From: an uncultured Candidatus Saccharibacteria bacterium
GTDB taxonomy: Bacteria; Patescibacteriota; Minisyncoccia; Phycocordibacterales; Phycocordibacteraceae
Reading direction: 5' to 3'
Length of the DNA stretch: 57,755 bases
Assembly (NCBI GenBank): GCA_964593365.1
Contig: CAZQGQ010000001.1
Span: 118,629-176,383, forward strand
This document shows, one piece after another, positions 7,818 through 15,497 of this stretch. The notes under the pieces are model-generated. The model was not told the origin of the DNA, searched no databases, and was given only the letters and a program-made list of their open reading frames with translations. Made by a program: the position numbers and the translations under genes. Each line of letters starts with the position of its first letter. Position 1 is the first letter of the stretch.

Positions 7818-8201
7818 ATGGTAAGCGATCGTGTCGGTGATTTTATAATCCGCTTGAAGAATGCGGGAGCAATCGGAAAGACGGAAGCGAAGGCTCCGTA
7901 TTCTGCGCACCTCGAAGCGATTGCAAAGAAGCTCCAGCAGCTTGGATTTGTGGAAGGCGTTAAAAAGGACGAACGCGAACTTATCGTCACTCTTTCGTAT
8001 GACGAGCGCGGCCGCCACAAGATCAAGGGAGTGAAGCGTGTCAGTAAGCCCGGACGTCGTCTCTATGCCCATGCGCACGAAGCGCACCAGGTAAAGAACG
8101 GAGCAGGCGCACGCATCCTCTCGACCCCGAAGGGCGTCTTGTCTGACTCAGAGGCACGCAAGGTACGCGCAGGCGGAGAGACCCTCTTTGAGATTTGGTA
8201 A
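7818..8201 (+). CDS. rpsH: 30S ribosomal protein S8
   Basis: 127 aa containing DRVGDFIIRLKNA...GARILSTPKGVLSDSEARKVRAGGETLFEIW. Confidence 0.96.
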   Translation: MVSDRVGDFIIRLKNAGAIGKTEAKAPYSAHLEAIAKKLQQLGFVEGVKKDERELIVTLSYDERGRHKIKGVKRVSKPGRRLYAHAHEAHQVKNGAGARILSTPKGVLSDSEARKVRAGGETLFEIW

Positions 8202-8208
8202 TACTTCT

Positions 8209-8742
8209 ATGTCTCGCCTCGCAAAAAAACCAATTCCCGTTCCCGCTAAGGTCGAAGTGATCTCAGCTGACGGCACGTTGACCGTCAAAGGGTCGAAGGA
8301 GACCTTGTCTCGAAGCGTTCACTCGTCGGTCCTCATCACCGTTGAGCCTGAAGGCGTTGTTATCAAGCCGAAGAACTCCTCAAAGCTCGCAAAGGCGCTT
8401 ACAGGAACGTTTGCTGCCCACCTTCGCGCCATGATCCAGGGCGTTGAGACTCCGTTCAAGAAGACGCTTATCTTGAACGGCGTTGGTTACAAGGTAGAGC
8501 AGAAGGGAAAGGACCTGGTCTTCGCTGTCGGGTTCTCGCACCCAGTCACGCTCACGGTTCCCGAAGGCCTTACGGCAACCGTTACCAAGAACGTGATTGT
8601 GGTCGAGGGCTCAGACAAGCAGCGTGTCGGGCAGTTTGCTGCCGAGGTGCGCGGCGTGAAGCCCCCCGAGCCCTACCTTGGTAAGGGCATCAAGTACGAT
8701 GACGAGGTAATCTTGCGCAAGCAGGGCAAGAAAGCCGTCTAA
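8209..8742 (+). CDS. rplF: 50S ribosomal protein L6
   Basis: Starts MSRLAKKPIPVPAKVEV... at the ATG 7 nt after the S8 stop. The track start at 8188 overlaps S8. Confidence 0.95.
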   Translation: MSRLAKKPIPVPAKVEVISADGTLTVKGSKETLSRSVHSSVLITVEPEGVVIKPKNSSKLAKALTGTFAAHLRAMIQGVETPFKKTLILNGVGYKVEQKGKDLVFAVGFSHPVTLTVPEGLTATVTKNVIVVEGSDKQRVGQFAAEVRGVKPPEPYLGKGIKYDDEVILRKQGKKAV

Positions 8743-8748
8743 TCTTTT

Positions 8749-9093
8749 ATGGCAACAAATCCAAAACAGGCTTCCCGCATCCAGCGCCACAAGCGCGTGC
8801 GCGGAAAGATTTCAGGAACGGCAGAGCGCCCACGCCTTGCGGTGTATCGCTCGAACCGATTCATTTCAGTACAGCTTATTGATGACGATGCCGGCAAGAC
8901 GCTTGCGCAGGCACATGGCCGCGAATTCCCAGGAGCGCTCGGGAAGCAGGCTGCCGCTATCGGCAAGGCGATTGCAGAGCGCGCAACGGCACTCAAGGTC
9001 GACAAGGTCGTGTTTGACCGCGGAGGCTACGCGTACGCTGCCCAAATCAAGGGACTCGCTGATGCTGCGCGCGAGGGAGGACTTACTTTTTAA
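8749..9093 (+). CDS. rplR: 50S ribosomal protein L18
   Basis: 114 aa containing RLAVYRSNRFISVQLIDD...VVFDRGGYAYAAQIKGLADAAREGGL. Confidence 0.96.
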   Translation: MATNPKQASRIQRHKRVRGKISGTAERPRLAVYRSNRFISVQLIDDDAGKTLAQAHGREFPGALGKQAAAIGKAIAERATALKVDKVVFDRGGYAYAAQIKGLADAAREGGLTF

Positions 9094-9095
9094 TT

Positions 9096-9728
9096 ATGGC
9101 TGACACGATGACTACCGATACCAAAGTACAAGACGCACCCGTCGAAGCGGTGGTTGCAGCCGTGCCTGCTCCAGAAGCAGCTGCCCCAGCACCTGCTCGC
9201 GGGCGTGCGCCCCAGCGCGGACGCGGTGGACCCCAGGGCCGTGGCGGAGGACGCCCCCGTGATCGCGCTCCACGAGAGCGAAGCGAGTTCGACCAGGTCA
9301 CCGTTGAAGTTCGCCGCGTGGCCCGTGTTATGGCCGGAGGACGCCGCTTCTCATTCAGCGTCACTATGGTCATCGGAGACCGCAAAGGCCGCGTCGGTGT
9401 TGGTATCGGCAAGGGAGCAGATACGGCCCTCGCTATCGAGAAGGCAACCCGAGACGCCAAGAAGCATCTCATCACCGTCCCTCTTACTAAGGACAAATCA
9501 ATCGCGCACGAAGTGTCTGCAGAATACGCATCTTCAGTTATCACGATCATGCCATCTCCAGGCCGCGGACTTGTTGCAGGATCTGCAATGCGTACCGTAC
9601 TTGAGCTTGCTGGCGTTGGAAACGTGATTGCTAAGATCCTTTCCCGCTCTAAGAACAAGCTCACGATCGCACGCGCAACCGTCGAAGCCCTCAAGCTGGT
9701 TCGCTCACGCGCCCCTAAAGCCGCCTAA
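9096..9728 (+). CDS. rpsE: 30S ribosomal protein S5 with Arg/Gly-rich N-terminal extension
   Basis: 210 aa with the S5 core VRRVARVMAGGRRFSFSVTMVIGDRKGRVGVGIGKGADTALAIEKA. The first ~60 aa are an Ala/Pro plus RGG-type low-complexity region. Confidence 0.96.
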   Translation: MADTMTTDTKVQDAPVEAVVAAVPAPEAAAPAPARGRAPQRGRGGPQGRGGGRPRDRAPRERSEFDQVTVEVRRVARVMAGGRRFSFSVTMVIGDRKGRVGVGIGKGADTALAIEKATRDAKKHLITVPLTKDKSIAHEVSAEYASSVITIMPSPGRGLVAGSAMRTVLELAGVGNVIAKILSRSKNKLTIARATVEALKLVRSRAPKAA

Positions 9729-9734
9729 CTTTTT

Positions 9735-10184
9735 ATGCAGTCCCACACACTCAAAGCCAAGCACCCCTCGAAGAAGACGCCTCGCGTCGGACGCGGTGGT
9801 AAGCGAGGTAAGACCTCCGGTCGCGGTACCAAGGGTCAGAAGGCCCGAGCCGGTCACAAGATCCGCCCGGAAATTCGCGACCTCATCAAGAAGATTCCTA
9901 AGCTTCGCGGACACGGCAAGAACCGCGCTCGCGGCGTGCACTCGGGTCGCCGAACGGTTATCCCGGTAAACCTTGCTACACTTGAGACTATGTTTGCAGC
10001 AGGCGACCTCGTTACTCCAGCCATCCTCGTGAAGAAGGGACTTGTGAGCGCACGCGCAGGACGCATGCCGCTCGTAAAGATTCTCGGCACAGGAGAGCTT
10101 ACCAAGAACCTCGCCATCTCTGACTGCACCTACTCAGAAAGCGCAAAGGCAGCAATTGAAAAAGCTGGCGGCTCTGTCGCATAA
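9735..10184 (+). CDS. rplO: 50S ribosomal protein L15
   Basis: 149 aa containing GRGGKRGKTSGRGTKGQKARAG. It follows S5 directly, with no L30 gene between them. Confidence 0.96.
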   Translation: MQSHTLKAKHPSKKTPRVGRGGKRGKTSGRGTKGQKARAGHKIRPEIRDLIKKIPKLRGHGKNRARGVHSGRRTVIPVNLATLETMFAAGDLVTPAILVKKGLVSARAGRMPLVKILGTGELTKNLAISDCTYSESAKAAIEKAGGSVA

Positions 10185-10186
10185 CA

Positions 10187-11458
10187 ATGAATGCCGCTGT
10201 ACACAAACTGAAAGTCATCTTCGGGGATCCGGTGCTCCGGATGCGCATTCTCTTTGTCCTTGCGGCCTTCGCGGTCTTCCGCCTTCTCGCAGCTATTCCA
10301 ATCCCGGGCGTTGACCCTGAGCGCCTTGCGCAGTTTTTCGCAAACAACCAGTTCTTCGGGCTCCTTTCCATATTCTCAGGAGGCGGGTTCGCGACCCTCT
10401 CCTTGGTGATGCTCGGCGTCGGTCCCTACATCACTGCGTCCATAATGATGCAGCTTGCTACCGTTATCTTCCCGGGAGTAAAGCGCATGTACAGCGAAGA
10501 GGGCGAGGCAGGACGCACGAAGTTCATCGCTTGGAGCCGCATGCTCACCATTCCGCTTGCGATTTTGCAGGGCGTTGCCTTCCTCTCTCTCCTTGAGTCT
10601 CAGGGCATTATCGTAGCGCTTGCTCCGTTTGCCTTTGCCGTGAACGTCTTCTTGATCGCTGCAGGCTCGATGCTCCTCATGTGGCTTGGTGAACTCATCA
10701 CTGAGTTTGGTATTGGAAACGGTGTTTCCTTGATCATCTTCGCGGGTATCGTCGCCGGTATTCCTGCAGGCGTTTCTCAGATCTTGTTCACTGCGTCAGT
10801 CGCAAACATCCCGGCCTACCTCGGCTTCTTGATCATCGCCCTGGTCGCGATCTTTGCGGTGGTCACCGTCTCTGACGCTGAACGCTCGATCCCGATCGCG
10901 TATGCTCGCCAGGTACGAGGGGCAGCTATCCAGCAGGGGGCAGCGACCTACCTTCCAATCCGCATCCTCCAGGCAGGTGTAATGCCGATCATCTTCGCGC
11001 TTTCCTTGCTTCTTCTTCCGCAGGTCATCTTGACCGCGCTTGGCGCAATCGGCGTCCCGGGCATCGAAGCAGCTTCGCTCGCGTACACCGCCTTTGCGGC
11101 TAACCCATGGGCCTATGGCGCTCTCTACTTCGTCTTGGTCGTCATGTTCACCTATTTCTATACGTCGATCACCTTCGAACCAAAGAAGGTCTCAGACAAC
11201 CTCCAGAAGTCAGGAGCCTTCGTGCCTGGCGTTCGTCCTGGCCGCGAGACCGAGTCATACATTGGGAACGTCGTGAACCGCATCACGCTTCCAGGTTCCT
11301 TCTTCTTGGGTCTTATTGCCGTCGTTCCGTTCATCATCCAGGGATTGACCGGCATCACCGCCATTCTTATCGGCGGTACGGCGCTCTTGATCGCGGTTAC
11401 CGTGCTCCTCGACCTCATCCGCAAGATCGATGCGCAGGCTTCGCTTCGCGAGTATTAA
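10187..11458 (+). CDS. secY: preprotein translocase subunit SecY
   Basis: 423 aa with 10 predicted hydrophobic segments. Contains SIFSGGGFATLSLVMLGVGPYITASIMMQL. Canonical position after L15. Confidence 0.97.
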   Translation: MNAAVHKLKVIFGDPVLRMRILFVLAAFAVFRLLAAIPIPGVDPERLAQFFANNQFFGLLSIFSGGGFATLSLVMLGVGPYITASIMMQLATVIFPGVKRMYSEEGEAGRTKFIAWSRMLTIPLAILQGVAFLSLLESQGIIVALAPFAFAVNVFLIAAGSMLLMWLGELITEFGIGNGVSLIIFAGIVAGIPAGVSQILFTASVANIPAYLGFLIIALVAIFAVVTVSDAERSIPIAYARQVRGAAIQQGAATYLPIRILQAGVMPIIFALSLLLLPQVILTALGAIGVPGIEAASLAYTAFAANPWAYGALYFVLVVMFTYFYTSITFEPKKVSDNLQKSGAFVPGVRPGRETESYIGNVVNRITLPGSFFLGLIAVVPFIIQGLTGITAILIGGTALLIAVTVLLDLIRKIDAQASLREY

Positions 11459-11479
11459 TTTAAAGGCCATAGGGGGCCG

Positions 11480-11488
11480 TGATACATT
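11480..11488 (+). promoter_or_regulatory. extended -10 element (TGaTACATT) 6 nt before gmk ATG
   Basis: Sequence GTGATACATTgacgccATG. The spacing implies a leaderless or near-leaderless transcript. Confidence 0.45.
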
Positions 11489-11494
11489 GACGCC

Positions 11495-12064
11495 ATGACG
11501 CGGGGAAAACTCATCATAGTTGTCGGCCCAACCGGAAGCGGCAAGGGAACGCTTGTGCAGCATGCGCTTGAAACATTTCCGAACCTCGTGTTTCCGGTTT
11601 CTGCTACAACGCGTGCTCCTCGGCCTACGGAAGTCGATGGAGTGAATTATCACTTTCTTACCGAAACTGAGTTTAAGCGAAGGATCGAAGCGGGTGAGCT
11701 TCTTGAATGGGCGCAGTACGGAGGCAACTACTACGGAACACTCGTGTCTGAGGTCATGCCGGCGCTTGAAGAGGGCAAGTCAGTAATGCTTGAGATTGAG
11801 GTGCAGGGCGCTCGCCAAGTGCTAGACCTCTTCCCTGAGGATGCTGTTGGCATCTTTATCGACGCGGGCTCATGGGAAGAACTTGAGGAGCGGGTTCGTG
11901 CACGCGCCCCCATTACTGACGCTGAGCTTGAGAAGCGGCGCAAGCGCTATGACGACGAACTGACCTTTAAGGAGCAGGCATCCTTCGTTATCAAGAATCC
12001 GAACGGGAAGCTCGAGGAGGCAAAGCAGGCCTTTGCCAAGGTCGTTATTCAGCTCTGCGCGTAA
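11495..12064 (+). CDS. gmk: guanylate kinase
   Basis: 189 aa with P-loop GPTGSGKGT. Contains VSATTRAPRPTEVDGVNYHF and EWAQYGGNYYGT. Confidence 0.93.
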   Translation: MTRGKLIIVVGPTGSGKGTLVQHALETFPNLVFPVSATTRAPRPTEVDGVNYHFLTETEFKRRIEAGELLEWAQYGGNYYGTLVSEVMPALEEGKSVMLEIEVQGARQVLDLFPEDAVGIFIDAGSWEELEERVRARAPITDAELEKRRKRYDDELTFKEQASFVIKNPNGKLEEAKQAFAKVVIQLCA

Positions 12065-12090
12065 GCGAGAAATACGCTAAACTAGTCGTT

Positions 12091-12669
12091 ATGGAAGAAG
12101 CAAACACCATCCTCTTCATCGGACGTCCTGGCTCAGGCAAGGGTACCCAAGCCGAGATGCTCTCCAAGCGCCTTAACTGGAAGATCTTCTCTTCGGGGAA
12201 CCAGTTCCGTGAGATGCGAAACGGGGAAGGTCCGCTTTCAGACCGCGTACGCGAGTCATACGACCAGGGACAGCTTTTGCCTGACTGGTTTGCCGATTAC
12301 CTCTTTACTAATGGCGTATTGAATCTGCCGCCTGAGGAAGGAGTCATCCTCGAAGGGTTCGGCCGCTCGCGCCCGCAGGCAGAACTTATGTACAAGATCC
12401 TTACCTGGCTCGGCAGGCGCGTCGTCGTCGTTCATTTGGCCGTCTCTGAAGACGAGACCATGCGCCGGCAGCTTGATCGCGCGAAGAATGATCCGCGCCC
12501 TGATAGCGGCACAGAAGAGAAAGTGCGTGCCCGCTTTGCCGAGTACCAGGCAAACACCGAGCCTGCGCTCGCGTTTTTCAAGGAGCAAGGAATCTTGGTT
12601 GATGTTGATGGAGAGCCGGATATCGAGACCATTCATAACGATATTGTTTCCAAGCTTAACTTCGCATGA
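12091..12669 (+). CDS. adk: adenylate kinase (short-lid form)
   Basis: 192 aa with P-loop GRPGSGKGTQAEMLSKRL. Contains ILEGFGRSRPQAE. Sits in the canonical post-secY neighbourhood. Confidence 0.9.
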   Translation: MEEANTILFIGRPGSGKGTQAEMLSKRLNWKIFSSGNQFREMRNGEGPLSDRVRESYDQGQLLPDWFADYLFTNGVLNLPPEEGVILEGFGRSRPQAELMYKILTWLGRRVVVVHLAVSEDETMRRQLDRAKNDPRPDSGTEEKVRARFAEYQANTEPALAFFKEQGILVDVDGEPDIETIHNDIVSKLNFA

Positions 12670-13448
12670 TCGTACGAACGGCCGAAGAACGAGAAGGAAT
12701 CATTGAGGCGGGGAAGCGTCTGGGGGATGTCTTAGAAAAGGTCGCGGCCATTGTCGTGCCTGGTGTCTCAACAAAAGAACTCGATCAGCTTGCAGAGAAA
12801 CTTATTCGCGACGGAGGGGACCAGCCTGCGTTTCTTCACTATATCCCTGACAGCGCTTCGCGCGCGTATCCGGCAACGCTCTGTGTGTCCGTAAACGACG
12901 AGGTCGTGCACGGCATTCCAACCGAGTCGCCAAAGATTCTCAAGGAGGGAGATATCGTCGCGCTTGATCTCGGGCTCATCCACAAGGGCTTTGTCACAGA
13001 TTCTGCGCTCACCGTTGCTGTCGGGAAGACGGATGCTGTTTCGTACAAGCTCATGGAGGCTACGCAAAACGCGCTTGAGGCAGCGATCGCTGCTGCGCGC
13101 CCTGGAAACCGTATCGGGGACATATCGCATGCAACCGAGGCTGCGTTCAAGGGAACCGGGTTCTCCGTCGTGAAGGTGCTCGGTGGGCACGGAGTAGGGG
13201 GTGCAGTCCATGAGGAGCCCTGGATCTCGAATGTAGGGCATCCAGGCACAGGTCCTGAGATCGAGGAGGGTATGGTGCTCGCGCTCGAGCCTATCGCAAA
13301 CGCAGGCAAGGGGTCAGTCATTCTCGCGTCAGACGGGTATACGTACCGCACCAAGGACGGCTCGCGAAGCGCCCACTTCGAGCATACGATCCTTGTTGAG
13401 AAGGATGAGACCTTGGTCGTAACGCGTCGGGCGAGCGAAGTGGCGTAA
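12666..13448 (+). CDS. map: type I methionine aminopeptidase
   Basis: 260 aa. The ATGA overlaps the adk stop. Contains VNDEVVHGIP, DIVALDLG, GHGVGGAVHEEP and HFEHT (metal ligand pattern). Confidence 0.95.
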   Translation: MIVRTAEEREGIIEAGKRLGDVLEKVAAIVVPGVSTKELDQLAEKLIRDGGDQPAFLHYIPDSASRAYPATLCVSVNDEVVHGIPTESPKILKEGDIVALDLGLIHKGFVTDSALTVAVGKTDAVSYKLMEATQNALEAAIAAARPGNRIGDISHATEAAFKGTGFSVVKVLGGHGVGGAVHEEPWISNVGHPGTGPEIEEGMVLALEPIANAGKGSVILASDGYTYRTKDGSRSAHFEHTILVEKDETLVVTRRASEVA

Positions 13449-13453
13449 GGCAT

Positions 13454-14032
13454 ATGAAAAGGGTGGTCATCGTTCACGGTTGGGGCCAGACTCCTAATGA
13501 TGCATGGTATCCCTGGATGAAGAAGGAACTTGAGGAGAGAGGTTTTGCTGTTGTCGTTCCCGAGTTGCCTATCACCAAAGACCCTAGAAAAGAACTATGG
13601 GTCCCCGCGCTTGCTGAAGCCATTGGCACGCCGGATGCAGAAACCTATTTCATTGGTCATAGTTTAGGTTGCCCTACGATTGCTCGATACCTTGAGACGT
13701 TGCCTCTCGGAACTCTGGTTGGGGGCGTGGTGTATGTTGCAGGCTTCTTTAGGCGGCTCACTAATATGAATGACCCGCAGGAGCAAGAGGTAATTACGGC
13801 ATGGCTCTCCACGACGCCGGATTTCGCGAAAATTCGGAGTGTTGCGCCTCGCAGCATCGCAATATTTTCGGATAACGACGAGTGGGTCCCGCTCGATAAT
13901 AGTACTGACTTTCGCGATCAGCTTGGATCAAGGATCGTTATCGTAAAAGATGGGGATCATTTCAACGGCGGGAAGGGGTGGTTCGAACTCCCGGTCGCCC
14001 GCGATGCCTTAGCGGAACTCGCCGAGCGCTAG
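13454..14032 (+). CDS. alpha/beta serine hydrolase, YdeN/RBBP9-like (copy 1)
   Basis: 192 aa. Starts with VVIVHGWGQTPNDAWYPW, has the nucleophile elbow GHSLG, and has DNDEWVP...GDHF toward the C-terminus. Confidence 0.7.
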   Translation: MKRVVIVHGWGQTPNDAWYPWMKKELEERGFAVVVPELPITKDPRKELWVPALAEAIGTPDAETYFIGHSLGCPTIARYLETLPLGTLVGGVVYVAGFFRRLTNMNDPQEQEVITAWLSTTPDFAKIRSVAPRSIAIFSDNDEWVPLDNSTDFRDQLGSRIVIVKDGDHFNGGKGWFELPVARDALAELAER

Positions 14033-14098
14033 TCTCCCCGGACCTTTTCTGCTATAGTTCTCTTATATAAGCGCCGTTGGCGATTTTTTACTAAATAC

Positions 14099-14680
14099 AT
14101 GGCACGAAACCCAAAAGACGAGAAGACGTTCGTAATGGTGAAGCCTGACGGGGTCAAGAAAGGACTCGTCGGAGAGATTATCAAGCGCTTCGAGCAGCGT
14201 GATCTAAAGATCGTCGCTCTCGACATGTTCCAGCCGACGACCGAGCAGATCGACAACCACTACCCAAAGAGCGAAGAGTGGATCACCCGCCTTGGCTCGA
14301 AGACTCTCCAGACGTACGAGAAGTACGGCTATGACCCTATGGAGGACTTCGGAACGACCGATGCTGACAAGATTGGCCCTCATGTACGAGGATGGGTCTT
14401 GGACTACATGACCTCAGCACCCTTGGTGAAGATGGTCGTGCAGGGCATTCACGCGGTTGATATGGTCCGCAAGATCTGCGGTCCGACGATGCCGTATCAG
14501 GCTGACATGGGCACCATCCGCGGAGACTTCTCCAACGACTCTCCAGCCTTGGCTAACGCCGAGAAGCGCGCAGTCGCAAACCTCATCCACGCATCCGAGA
14601 CCCCCGAGGAAGCTGAGCACGAGATCGAGTATTGGTTTGGAAAAGCTCCTATCCACGAGTACAAGCGACACGGGGAATAG
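14099..14680 (+). CDS. ndk: nucleoside-diphosphate kinase (long form with internal insertion)
   Basis: 193 aa containing TFVMVKPDGVKKGLVGEIIKRFEQRDLKIVAL and GTIRGDF. The active-site region is NLIHASETPEEAEHEIEYWF. There is an extra ~35-40 aa after HYP. Confidence 0.88.
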   Translation: MARNPKDEKTFVMVKPDGVKKGLVGEIIKRFEQRDLKIVALDMFQPTTEQIDNHYPKSEEWITRLGSKTLQTYEKYGYDPMEDFGTTDADKIGPHVRGWVLDYMTSAPLVKMVVQGIHAVDMVRKICGPTMPYQADMGTIRGDFSNDSPALANAEKRAVANLIHASETPEEAEHEIEYWFGKAPIHEYKRHGE

Positions 14681-14692
14681 GCACCACCGCGT

Positions 14693-15262
14693 ATGATCGA
14701 AGTTGAAATACGCGGCCGCCTCAACGATAAGCAGTTTGATGAACTAACCGCCCTTCTCGAGAAGGAGGGTGAGTTAGTGGAGTTCCAGGATAGGGAGATG
14801 ATTCTTCTTCGTGGGTATCCGGGCTACTCGGAGGATCCAACAGCACGCGACGTTGATGTGCGGCTTCGAAATACCAACGGAAGCTGCGAGATCATGGTGA
14901 AGCATAAGTCAGGCGAGCATAACGTTGCCCGCAAAGAAATGTCGTTACCGCTTGGCTGCTCTGACCTTGAGAGCGCGAAGGAGGCAGTAGCAGCGCTTGG
15001 CTACCGGGACGGCATCTGGATGCACCGCAAGAAGAAAGTATTCCGCTACTCCGGGATCGAGTGGTCAGTGGTAGATGTCCCTGAAGGCATGCGATATTTC
15101 GAGGCCGAACAAGAGACAGGGGACCCTGCGCAAGCGAAGGACGTTGAGCTGCACCTCATAGAGGAGGCCCAAAAACTAGGGCTCTCGGCCATGGGACCCC
15201 AGGAAATGCGGGACTTTATCTACGAGCTCGATGCCAAAGTGAATAAGGAGATTACTTGGTAG
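14693..15262 (+). CDS. CYTH-domain protein (triphosphate tunnel metalloenzyme family)
   Basis: 189 aa with an N-terminal ExExK-type motif (MIEVEIRG) and alternating acidic/basic beta-strand pattern. Confidence 0.6.
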   Translation: MIEVEIRGRLNDKQFDELTALLEKEGELVEFQDREMILLRGYPGYSEDPTARDVDVRLRNTNGSCEIMVKHKSGEHNVARKEMSLPLGCSDLESAKEAVAALGYRDGIWMHRKKKVFRYSGIEWSVVDVPEGMRYFEAEQETGDPAQAKDVELHLIEEAQKLGLSAMGPQEMRDFIYELDAKVNKEITW

Positions 15263-15296
15263 ATTGGCTATCCACAGACTCTTCACGCCACGGGCG

Positions 15297-15302
15297 TATA
15301 CT
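15297..15302 (+). promoter_or_regulatory. -10-like TATACT upstream of candidate sRNA
   Basis: TATACT lies 5 nt before the G-rich start (GTGGAGCC) of a 170-nt terminator-bounded non-coding stretch. Confidence 0.3.
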
Positions 15303-15307
15303 TATAC

Positions 15308-15480
15308 GTGGAGCCATTCCTTAAAACGCAACTTGCTCCAACTCAGGGAGTCTCATATTACGCGCGAAGGTTGAACATTTCATGCTCCGAATCGTGCGCT
15401 GCGGACACCCACCTGGTATCAAAGAGTTGCAGCATAGGAGTGGTTCCAACAAAACACCCGCCTTCCGGCGGGTGTTTTGT
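15308..15480 (+). ncRNA. candidate structured small RNA (unclassified)
   Basis: An 11-12 bp closing helix joins 15309-15320 (TGGAGCCATTCC) with 15437-15448 (GGAGTGGTTCCA). An inner 6-bp helix pairs GCAACT with AGTTGC. The terminator hairpin at 15451-15478 follows immediately. There is no plausible CDS. Confidence 0.35.
15451..15478. terminator. bidirectional intrinsic terminator
   Basis: AAAACACCCGCC-ttcc-GGCGGGTGTTTT. It serves the + strand and the convergent 15498..15707 (-) gene. Confidence 0.7.
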
Positions 15481-15497
15481 ATCAAACGTGTCGACTC

